In this document: piece by piece, positions 56,850-64,000 of the stretch | How positions within the stretch are numbered: position 1 is the first letter of the stretch | Layout of the letters: every line of letters begins with the position of its first letter | Origin: an uncultured Verrucomicrobiota bacterium | Lineage (GTDB): Bacteria; Verrucomicrobiota; Kiritimatiellia; CAIKKV01; CAITUY01 | Assembly (NCBI GenBank): GCA_964611575.1 | Contig: CAZTAJ010000004.1 | Span: 8,287 to 72,286, forward strand | Reading direction: 5' to 3' | DNA: 64,000 nt | Position numbers and translations under genes: made by a program | Notes under the pieces: generated by a model | Seen by the model: the letters and a program-made list of their open reading frames with translations, nothing else | Databases searched by the model: none | What the model was told of the DNA's origin: nothing

Positions 56850-58064
56850 ATGCCTGATACCGTAGACGTCATGGTGCCCGTGCGCCGGATTTCGCCCAAG
56901 GGCGATCACACGTTCTTCGGATACTACGACATCCCCGCCGCGGATGCCGCCGGCCGGCATCTCTGCCAGCGGGTCAAGTTTTGCGACCGACTGCCGACTC
57001 CCTCGGACATGGCGCTCATAGGCTGGCTTGATCTGCCCACGGGGTCACAGGCGGCGGACGGCGAACCGCTCTTCCACGAGTTTGCTCAGACCGGTGCATG
57101 GAATTTCCAGCAAGGGTCCATGCTGCAATGGTTGCCGACGATGCCGGACACGTGTCTTTACAACATCGCCGAGAACGGGCAGTTGGGGTCCTGCATTCAC
57201 AATGTCCGAACGGACGCGCGACGCCGGCTCCCCCTCCCGGTGGCCAACGTGGCGCGGGATGGGACCAAGGCGTTGTGCATCAACATGGCGCGGGTGTACG
57301 ACTTCCGGCCGGGTTACGGTTACGAAGAGGCGCCGGACCCGTTCGCTGGCGTGGCCGTCCCCGACAAAGACGGCGTCTTTCTTCTGGATCTGACGACGGG
57401 CAAGTCGCGGCTCATCCTGTCGCTGACCGATATGGTGAGCTTCCTGGAGAAGCACGGCGAGACCACCGGCGGACGCAAGGTGGTCATCAACCACATCACC
57501 TTCAACCCGTCCGCGTCGCGCTTCCTGATCCTGTTGCGAACCTTCCCGAAAGCGCCAGGCGATCCCTGCATCACGTACCTGCTGACGGCCGATGCCACCG
57601 GCGGCAACCTGCGCCATCATCCGGTGTCCGGCATGGCGTCCCACTACCACTGGCGCGACGATGACGGCATGCTGTTCTATGCGAATGCCGCGACGGAACC
57701 GAAACCGGACCTCGTCCTCATCAGCGACAGGACCAGTGCCAGGACGATCTTTGATCCATCCTTCTTCCTGAAGGATGGGCATTGCTCCTACTCGCCGGAC
57801 AAGCGTTGGATCCTGTACGACAGCTATCCCGACACGTCCACGCCCGACTGGCTGCGCAAGTTGCAGGTCTATTCTGTCGACCGGAACGAGGGCATCAACC
57901 TGGGCCGGTTCCGTACGGAGCCCTTCACCAGGGAGACCATGGACCTGCGGTGCGACCTGCATCCGCGCTGGATGCAGGGCGGCCGCGCCATTACCTTCGA
58001 CTCGAACCACGAAGGGTTCCGGGGCGTCTATTGGGCGGATCTCAGCAAGATTGTGGCGGGCTGA
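56850..58064 (+). CDS. beta-propeller protein (TolB/oligogalacturonate-lyase-like)
   Basis: The ATG at 56850 is preceded by GAGGAG. 'HTFFGYYDIPAADAAGRHL' and the C-terminal 'CDLHPRWMQGGRAITFDSNHEGFRGVYWADL' resemble the 'D.HP.fSPDG..I.F.S' blades of PD40/PL22-type propellers. No signal peptide was seen. Confidence 0.5.
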   Translation: MPDTVDVMVPVRRISPKGDHTFFGYYDIPAADAAGRHLCQRVKFCDRLPTPSDMALIGWLDLPTGSQAADGEPLFHEFAQTGAWNFQQGSMLQWLPTMPDTCLYNIAENGQLGSCIHNVRTDARRRLPLPVANVARDGTKALCINMARVYDFRPGYGYEEAPDPFAGVAVPDKDGVFLLDLTTGKSRLILSLTDMVSFLEKHGETTGGRKVVINHITFNPSASRFLILLRTFPKAPGDPCITYLLTADATGGNLRHHPVSGMASHYHWRDDDGMLFYANAATEPKPDLVLISDRTSARTIFDPSFFLKDGHCSYSPDKRWILYDSYPDTSTPDWLRKLQVYSVDRNEGINLGRFRTEPFTRETMDLRCDLHPRWMQGGRAITFDSNHEGFRGVYWADLSKIVAG

Positions 58065-58237
58065 GACACCGCCTGGCCAGATGCCGATCCGGGAAGGCTC
58101 GACGCTCTGCTTGGTCTCTCCAGGCCCGGCGCACAACGTGCCCCTCACTTTCGGTGCGGAACGCGACGTAAGGTGCGGATCAAATAGGCTTGCGCCATTC
58201 ACGAGGCATTCGGCAGAATACGGCACGGGAGGTGCGG

Positions 58238-61126
58238 ATGCGCTCAAGAGTCAGACGGCTCGCTTTGCTTCTCGGCATGATGCCCCTGGCCACCCTCCTT
58301 CTCTCAGGTTGCGCCAGCCCGAATCTCAAGGGGACCCCCTACTATTCCACGGAAACCGATCCCGACCCCCGTGCCGCAAAAGAGCGCGTTCCGCTCTGGC
58401 CCATCGTCTACTATCGAAGCCCGACGCTCTCGATCCTCTGGCCGCTCTTCGAGAAGTCCGACGAGTTCATGGCCCTGCGCCCCCTGGCCTCGGTGTACGG
58501 GCTCGATCAACCGGGAAAAATCTACAGCCTGCTATGGCCGCTGGGACAGTTTGACCGGGTTGAAAAAGAGAACCGCTTCGTCCCCGTGTTCTGGGGGGAG
58601 GGTTATGCGGTGGCATTCCCCCTCTACTGGCATCTCGGCCATCCCCTGGAACCGGACGGCGGCACGGATGCCTTGATCCCACTGTGGTGGTACGCAACCG
58701 ATCGCACCGGCTATTCGTTCAATCTGGTCTGGCCCTTCGTCAATGTGAAGAAGCAGCGCGAGGTGCAAGGGTGGCGCGTCTGGCCCTTGATGGGAAGCTA
58801 CTCCCGCAGGGCCGGCGATTATTACCGGTTTGCGGCCTGGCCGCTCGCCCACCAGTGGGCCGCCGGCCGTGAACGAGGCGATGCGGTGATTCCTCTGTAT
58901 CTGCGCCACCTGTCGCCGGATGGGCACCTCTTCCTCTCCCTCCCCTACTCTCGTCATCGCGGAGCCGACGGACAATGGGACCTGGTGCTGCCGCTTCTCT
59001 ATCACGGCCGGGACGCGACGGGATACAAAACCATCACCCCACTCTTCTTCCAGGGCGGCAGCGCCGATCAGCGCAAGGCCTGGCAGCTCTTGTTGCCGCT
59101 CTACTACGCCAGCCGCAGGGATGACCGGCGGACGCTGGTCACACTGCTGGGCGGAACCCGTCGGGATGCCGACGGAATGGCATGGGTGATCGTGCCGCTG
59201 CTCTCCGGCGGCCGGAAGGCGAAGGACCGTCGCAGCACCTGGGTGCTGGGACCTTTGGCGCATTTCGGACGAGGTCCGGGATATGAGAGCCGTCATATAT
59301 TTCCATTCTTCTACTCAACCGCGGATGAGTCCGGTCGCACGTTCCTCTCGATCCCCTGGTCGAGCCGATCGAGAAGCGACGGGCAGAACTGGCAGTTGAT
59401 CCCCCCGCTCATGCTGAGAATGTCGGATGGCAAAGACCGGCGGTTGCTGACCCCGATCTATTCGGCCGGCACCCGCCACGGCGGGGCCGACGCCTGGCAG
59501 ACGGTGGTCCCGCTCTGGTACCGGAGTGGGGGCGCCGAAGGGAAGACGGTGGCCACACTGCTGGGGGGATGGCAGACGGGAGCGGATGGACGCCGGTGGT
59601 TGATCTGGCCGCTGCTGTCGGGTGGGCATCGTGGAACCGACGGACGGGATGTCTGGATTGTGGCGCCCCTGTTCCATGCCCGACGGGATCGGTCCGGCCT
59701 GTCACATCACCTCCTGCCGCTCTATGGGTGGGACGCCCATGACAAGACCCTGCTTTCGCCGGTGGTGTCAAAATGGCAGAACTCCGCCACCGGTCGCAAG
59801 ACAACCCTGGTCCCGCCGGCCCTGACGCTCTATTCCTCGGAGCCGAAGAAGAAGGATCTCTGGGCCTTGGCCGGGGCGGCTCATTTCAGTTGGGGGGAAG
59901 AGCCCGGATCCTCCCATGTTCTACCCCTGTACTATTACGACCGACCGGAAGGAACCTTTCTGTCAGTCCCCTGGTCGTCGTGGACCTGGAACCGGACGTC
60001 GACCAATACCCTGATCGCCCCGGCCCTGTCCTGGATGACGCGGCGGGAAGGGCGAAACGACCTCTGGGCCGTGGGTCCGCTCGCGCATCTCAGTTGGGGC
60101 GAGAAAGCCGGCTCATCCCATGTCCTGCCGCTGTTCTATCGGAACAAGCCGGACGATACGTTCATCTCCCTGCCCTACTGCCACTGGAACGATGACCGCG
60201 CGGAGCGCTACGTGTATCCGCCCCTGCTGTCGATGTTCACGCGAAACGGCAGGGAACGGCAATTGGATGCGGTGTTGGGTCTGTTTTCGGAGCGGTGGGG
60301 TGACGACCGGAACGAGGGGTATTTGCTTCCCCTTTACTACCACGACAACTGGGACAAGTTCTACACGCTCCTGTTCGGGTGGAACCGGGATGCCCACGAC
60401 GGTTTCTATTATCCCCTGACGCCCCTGCTGGGCGTCCGGACCGGCGAACACTCCGGGGGCTGGGTGTTCCCGTTCTGGTCGCGCGACCGCGATGCGGCAA
60501 CACAGCGGGTCACCGGAAATGTCCTATGGGGAACGTACACGGCGGACGGGGAGCGGACAGAATCGTCGCTGTTTCCGTTCTACGGCTACCATAACCGGGG
60601 CCCCATGCCGGCCGTCCTCCCGACCCCTTCCCAGGGCGCATCCTACGGAAAGACCTTCTGGAGCCTGCCGGCCGTCTGGTACCGCAATACGGTCGATGTC
60701 ACGCCGGTCAGCGATGGGACCGGCAAGGCCACGGGGAAGATGGAACGATCCGCCGCCCGCGATCACGGGTTCTTTCCCTTCTGGTCCTACACGCACCTGA
60801 CGACGCCGCTGGGGGGCGACGACCGGTACGGATCGTTCCTGCTTTGCCTCTATGATTTCAGGCGCACAAGCAAACCCAAGCCGGATGCCGTCCAGCCGCC
60901 GGACGAGCATGTCCGCAAGCGGATCCTCTGGCGCTTCTATCACTTCGAACGGAACAACGAGGATGTGAGTGTGGACATCTTCCCGGCGATCACCTACGAC
61001 CGCACCCACGACGGGTTCCGGCGCTGGTCCTTCCTGTGGCGCGTGTTCCGGTACGAACGGGGACCGGAAGGCAGGAAACTCGATCTCCTATTGGTCCCGC
61101 TGATACGGTCAGCCTCAACCCACTGA
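58238..61126 (+). CDS. large lipoprotein built from about 40 short aromatic/proline repeats, family unknown
   Basis: The ATG at 58238 has a GGGAGG RBS. Lipobox 'LATLLLSGC'. The body is a near-continuous array of degenerate 20-30-aa units centred on hydrophobic-P-[LF]-aromatic cores (e.g. 'SSHVLPLYYYDRPEGTFLSVPWSS' and 'SSHVLPLFYRNKPDDTFISLPYCH'). Confidence 0.7.
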   Translation: MRSRVRRLALLLGMMPLATLLLSGCASPNLKGTPYYSTETDPDPRAAKERVPLWPIVYYRSPTLSILWPLFEKSDEFMALRPLASVYGLDQPGKIYSLLWPLGQFDRVEKENRFVPVFWGEGYAVAFPLYWHLGHPLEPDGGTDALIPLWWYATDRTGYSFNLVWPFVNVKKQREVQGWRVWPLMGSYSRRAGDYYRFAAWPLAHQWAAGRERGDAVIPLYLRHLSPDGHLFLSLPYSRHRGADGQWDLVLPLLYHGRDATGYKTITPLFFQGGSADQRKAWQLLLPLYYASRRDDRRTLVTLLGGTRRDADGMAWVIVPLLSGGRKAKDRRSTWVLGPLAHFGRGPGYESRHIFPFFYSTADESGRTFLSIPWSSRSRSDGQNWQLIPPLMLRMSDGKDRRLLTPIYSAGTRHGGADAWQTVVPLWYRSGGAEGKTVATLLGGWQTGADGRRWLIWPLLSGGHRGTDGRDVWIVAPLFHARRDRSGLSHHLLPLYGWDAHDKTLLSPVVSKWQNSATGRKTTLVPPALTLYSSEPKKKDLWALAGAAHFSWGEEPGSSHVLPLYYYDRPEGTFLSVPWSSWTWNRTSTNTLIAPALSWMTRREGRNDLWAVGPLAHLSWGEKAGSSHVLPLFYRNKPDDTFISLPYCHWNDDRAERYVYPPLLSMFTRNGRERQLDAVLGLFSERWGDDRNEGYLLPLYYHDNWDKFYTLLFGWNRDAHDGFYYPLTPLLGVRTGEHSGGWVFPFWSRDRDAATQRVTGNVLWGTYTADGERTESSLFPFYGYHNRGPMPAVLPTPSQGASYGKTFWSLPAVWYRNTVDVTPVSDGTGKATGKMERSAARDHGFFPFWSYTHLTTPLGGDDRYGSFLLCLYDFRRTSKPKPDAVQPPDEHVRKRILWRFYHFERNNEDVSVDIFPAITYDRTHDGFRRWSFLWRVFRYERGPEGRKLDLLLVPLIRSASTH

Positions 61127-61165
61127 AGTCTTCTCCAGGACTGGTTCGGGGCAGGCGTATCCTCA

Positions 61166-61319
61166 TCACCCGGGGGCGATCGCCGCCGCCACGCGCACGG
61201 GCTTAAGCAAGGCATCCAGAACCTCCGGCTTCATAGGACGAGAGCTCAAAGGCCAGCCCGCTCTCGCGCAACTGGCGAATCGCCGGCGTAACCGGGATGT
61301 CCGCTTCTTTGCCGCTCAT
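61166..61319 (-). pseudogene. possible remnant of a YbaK/EbsC-type Cys-tRNA(Pro) deacylase gene
   Basis: The ATG at 61319 opens 'MSGKEADIPVTPAIRQLRESGLAFELSSYE', comparable to the E. coli YbaK N-terminus '[20 protein letters not shown]'. The frame stops after 38 codons (61203). A shifted frame continues 'KPEVLDALLKPVRVAAAIAPG*', which looks like a YbaK C-terminus. Confidence 0.35.
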
Positions 61320-61326
61320 GGCTCTT

Positions 61327-63018
61327 TCATCCCAGGCGGGCGCCCAATTCCAGAACGCCCCAAATGTTCAATTCTGGAACCCGCAAGGTCAGCCCCTGCG
61401 CACCCTGCTCCACTGTAACCGCCTGAGTCGGCCCCTCGGGACGGTGTAACACGGCTGCGCGAATGGACTGGAAGGCAGGGTGCGGATCGATCTGGATGAC
61501 AACCTCCCCTTGCGGCGCGAAACGGTCGCTCGCGGGATCGTAGGCCCGGTTGAGCAAGTGGACAACCGGCGGCGCCCCGGCCTTCATCCGGGGAAAGATC
61601 CATACGTCCTGGGACGATCGCCACGGGGTGGGTTTCCCCTTCTTCATCAGGGCCGCCGGATCGGTTTGCTCCGCGATGTCGACCACACCGGGATGGTCCG
61701 GGCGGAAGGGGTCGCGGTTGTCCCGCAGAACATGGTGATAGCCGGCGCATGTCTCCGCGAGTCGTCCCGGGTCGCCCAATCCCCAGTCGTTGGGAGCGAG
61801 CACCACATCGAAGGGGACGTTCCGTTCCGCCAGTTGCGCCATCAACCGGGTCATGCGACCACCCCCGTACAGATCCAGCGGGGGATTGAACAGCACAACG
61901 GTCGGAGGCGGAACGGCCCGATAGCCGTCGAACAACACGGCATGCGCTCGCACGAACCGGTAGTACGGAGCGTAGATCTCCGTACGACCATGATAGTAAT
62001 CGGAGCCCTTGCCCGGGGTGTGGCACCAGGCTGACTCGGGAGTCATCAGGCGCTGTCCGCAGGCATAGGCCTGGGCAATCCAAGAGCAAACGCGGTTCTC
62101 CAACTGGTGCGCTTTCACCCGGGCCCAGTCCTGCCCGCTGGCGGTGGCGGCCATCGGTTTGCCAAGGGCGTCAGCCAGACGGTAGGCGGTAACCGCCCCG
62201 CCGCCGTCAAGGGCGCCCTCGGCCTTCTGCTCCACCTCCCCCACCAGGTAGGTCAGATGGGGCGTCACGACCATATGCGGAGGCCAGGGCAGCCCCGTGT
62301 TGGCGCTGAGGGAAACCGGTCGTCCCACCACCTCCTCGGCGAGGGCGTGCAACTCGCGGACGTTCAGGGCCGCCTCATGCAGATGGAATTCGACAAATTC
62401 CCGGTGCAGGGGAATATCGTGTTGGACTTTCAAGTAGTCCTCCCTCGTGGAGGCATACCGGCGCACCAATGTCCGGTAATCGAACCCCTCGAGCGAGCCC
62501 ACGCCGGCGGCGGACCGCACGGAGGCCGGGACCGATTCCAGGTGCCGCCGGAACTTCTCCATGCAGAAGTCGCAGAAACAGCCCCCATAGCTGATGGCGG
62601 GATGCGCCGTACCGAGGTGGTCGTCCACATGCAGGCCATCGGCCCCGCCGGCCATGACCTCGCGCACCATCTTCCGCAGGTGGGCTCGAAAGGCGGGATG
62701 GTTGAAACAGCCCCACAGTTTGGGCCCGTCCTTCTCGCGGCTGTCCGACAACCATGGCACCGCGATGGGGGTCCCCGTAATGTCCCGGATCACTCCTTCC
62801 GCCAGATCGGGGGGTTGTTTGAGCAAAGGGCCCGCTGTCAGGCACCACATGGTGGCGGTCGGATGGACGCCCAATTCCCGGTAGAAGTCGACCTTTTCCC
62901 GTGTATGCGCCCCGCCCCAGGCCAGCACGGTCGCCCCGTAGGCCCGCACGGTTTCCGCATCGCGGGGGGGATACATGAACGCAACATCCGACTCCTTCAA
63001 ACCACGCCTGTCGTGCAT
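61327..63018 (-). CDS. cytoplasmic hypothetical protein, possibly glycosidase-like TIM barrel
   Basis: Long coding-like ORF. The ATG at 63018 is preferred (alternative at 63054). 'GGADGLHVDDHLG...YGGCFCDFCMEKFRRHLES' is reminiscent of GH-like barrels. No family was assigned. Confidence 0.5.
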   Translation of the reverse strand: MHDRRGLKESDVAFMYPPRDAETVRAYGATVLAWGGAHTREKVDFYRELGVHPTATMWCLTAGPLLKQPPDLAEGVIRDITGTPIAVPWLSDSREKDGPKLWGCFNHPAFRAHLRKMVREVMAGGADGLHVDDHLGTAHPAISYGGCFCDFCMEKFRRHLESVPASVRSAAGVGSLEGFDYRTLVRRYASTREDYLKVQHDIPLHREFVEFHLHEAALNVRELHALAEEVVGRPVSLSANTGLPWPPHMVVTPHLTYLVGEVEQKAEGALDGGGAVTAYRLADALGKPMAATASGQDWARVKAHQLENRVCSWIAQAYACGQRLMTPESAWCHTPGKGSDYYHGRTEIYAPYYRFVRAHAVLFDGYRAVPPPTVVLFNPPLDLYGGGRMTRLMAQLAERNVPFDVVLAPNDWGLGDPGRLAETCAGYHHVLRDNRDPFRPDHPGVVDIAEQTDPAALMKKGKPTPWRSSQDVWIFPRMKAGAPPVVHLLNRAYDPASDRFAPQGEVVIQIDPHPAFQSIRAAVLHRPEGPTQAVTVEQGAQGLTLRVPELNIWGVLELGARLG

Positions 63019-63198
63019 TAAGATTCCCTTCTTCCCACCAGTACTACGCTTCATTCGCCCCTGCCCAACACGCGGGCTATTTGCGTTCCGGAGCCGGATA
63101 CTGTACCTTCCGGCGCTCGGGTGAGTCAATTCCGCCGCGGATCACCACCGCAGACGGGGACAATCCCGATCTTTCCATGAAGTGTGAAAGGAGACGTC

Positions 63199-63762
63199 AT
63201 GCTTGAGGTCACAGTGAAGGAGGTTTGGGATGCGCTGGCGCTGGCGGAGAAGGATGATGCCTGCCTGGCCTTCTGGGAGGGCAAGGATGGCTTCAGCCGC
63301 GATGCCCAGCCCCGGGTGATCCAGCAACTCGCCGCCAAACTCAAGTTCAGGGAGGCCTCCCTTAAGCGCCTGCCGCCGCGCGAAAAAGCCCGCTACCTGC
63401 GCTGGCAGGCCGACAGCCCCTCGATGCGGTCCGCGTGCGACGATCTTCTGCGGTCCTGGATGGTGAGCCGGAAAAATCCCCTGCTGGTCTGTTTCGTCGA
63501 GGCGCAGGGACTGAAACACGCCGACGGGATCCTGGATGACGCCGCTGAAGCCCCCACCGCTGAAGCGGTCAAGCGGGGAGTCTGCGCCATTCGCGACCGG
63601 TTCCCGCCCCGCGAGGTCGCCCTCTACCTGGGATTCATCCTCGCCGCCGGGGGCGCATTCTGGACCGGGCTCGCCGAAGCCGTGGAGGCGGAGATCCCAA
63701 CCCTGAAAGCAGCCCTGGCGCCTCCCATCGCTCCCAGCCAATCGGCTGCCGGCGCGCAATAG
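63199..63762 (+). CDS. hypothetical protein
   Basis: The ATG at 63199 has an AAAGGAG RBS 6 nt upstream. The 187-aa product has no recognised motif. Confidence 0.45.
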   Translation: MLEVTVKEVWDALALAEKDDACLAFWEGKDGFSRDAQPRVIQQLAAKLKFREASLKRLPPREKARYLRWQADSPSMRSACDDLLRSWMVSRKNPLLVCFVEAQGLKHADGILDDAAEAPTAEAVKRGVCAIRDRFPPREVALYLGFILAAGGAFWTGLAEAVEAEIPTLKAALAPPIAPSQSAAGAQ

Positions 63763-63766
63763 ACGA

Positions 63767-64000
63767 TTACCGGTACAGCGCCGTCAGCGGCCGGTCCGTC
63801 AGCGTGTTGTAGTGGCGCATGGCCATGCGCCACCACGGGGAGAGTTGAGCTTCCGGCAGGCGCCAGACCCGTTCGTGCAGATCGGTGACCGTCTGGGCGT
63901 TCCGCAACAGAATCATTTGTTCCCGCCGGTTGAGCGCCCCGGGTCCCTTGGCCAGCAACCGGTCGGAAAGACCCCGCAAATAGCGGTGGGCCGCCCCCTC
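63767..64000 (-). CDS. 3' end of an unidentified gene continuing beyond the window
   Basis: The reverse frame is open from base 64000 to the stop at 63767. The track shows only the TTG-initiated 70-aa part. Confidence 0.35.
   Translation of the reverse strand, partial: EGAAHRYLRGLSDRLLAKGPGALNRREQMILLRNAQTVTDLHERVWRLPEAQLSPWWRMAMRHYNTLTDRPLTALYR

Noticed and set aside
61316-62089. A 257-aa minus-strand ORF overlapping the 3' half of the 61327..63018 gene in another frame.
   Set aside because: Its translation is Arg/Gly/Pro/Ser-rich and it has no independent start context. The overlapping 563-aa frame has normal composition.
63142-63759. A 205-aa minus-strand ORF opposite the 63199..63762 gene.
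   Set aside because: The plus-strand ORF has a strong AAAGGAG-6nt-ATG start and a more balanced composition. The minus ORF is Gly/Arg/Pro-rich and lacks an RBS. Neither has a recognisable family, so confidence in the plus-strand call stays moderate.

Overview
High-GC (roughly 60-65% by eye) bacterial chromosomal segment. It is densely coding and almost all genes lie on the minus strand. ATGA, GTGA and TGATG stop/start overlaps are frequent. The protein repertoire suggests a glycan-degrading member of the PVC group (Kiritimatiellota/Lentisphaerota/Verrucomicrobiota-like); this placement is inference only.

Layout:
- (i) 1-22.5 kb: a glycan-utilisation locus. It holds a GH78-like rhamnosidase, a secreted unknown, an SGNH esterase, a URO-D-like protein, a GH127-like enzyme, three paralogous GH71/GH99-like proteins carrying thrombospondin-type-3 Ca-binding repeats, a beta-helix protein, an MDR dehydrogenase, a 712-aa cytoplasmic unknown and a LacI regulator.
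- (ii) 22.6-29.4 kb: a housekeeping block with a dGTPase-like HD protein, an orphan family-5 SBP, and secG-tpiA-pgk-gap.
- (iii) 29.7-39.5 kb: an envelope block. It runs lipoprotein, VWA protein with a TonB-like N-terminal anchor, TPR protein, ExbD, ExbB, then argH, a secreted unknown and two zinc-ribbon proteins.
- (iv) 39.6-43.8 kb: a membrane-anchored orphan receiver, RmlC-like epimerase-cmk-aroA, and tcdA.
- (v) 43.8-63 kb: a second glycan locus. It holds a GH20-like enzyme, an SGNH esterase, a beta-helix paralog, a GntR-type regulator, two tandem ~1200-aa CBM9-like proteins, a beta-propeller, a 962-aa highly repetitive lipoprotein and a 563-aa unknown.

No rRNA, tRNA, CRISPR array, transposase or integrase was recognised. 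The most unusual items are the exbB-exbD-TPR-VWA module, in which the VWA protein seems to replace TonB; the repeat lipoprotein; and the triplicated GH71-like/TSP3 family. All family assignments come from motif recognition by eye, because no searches could be run.
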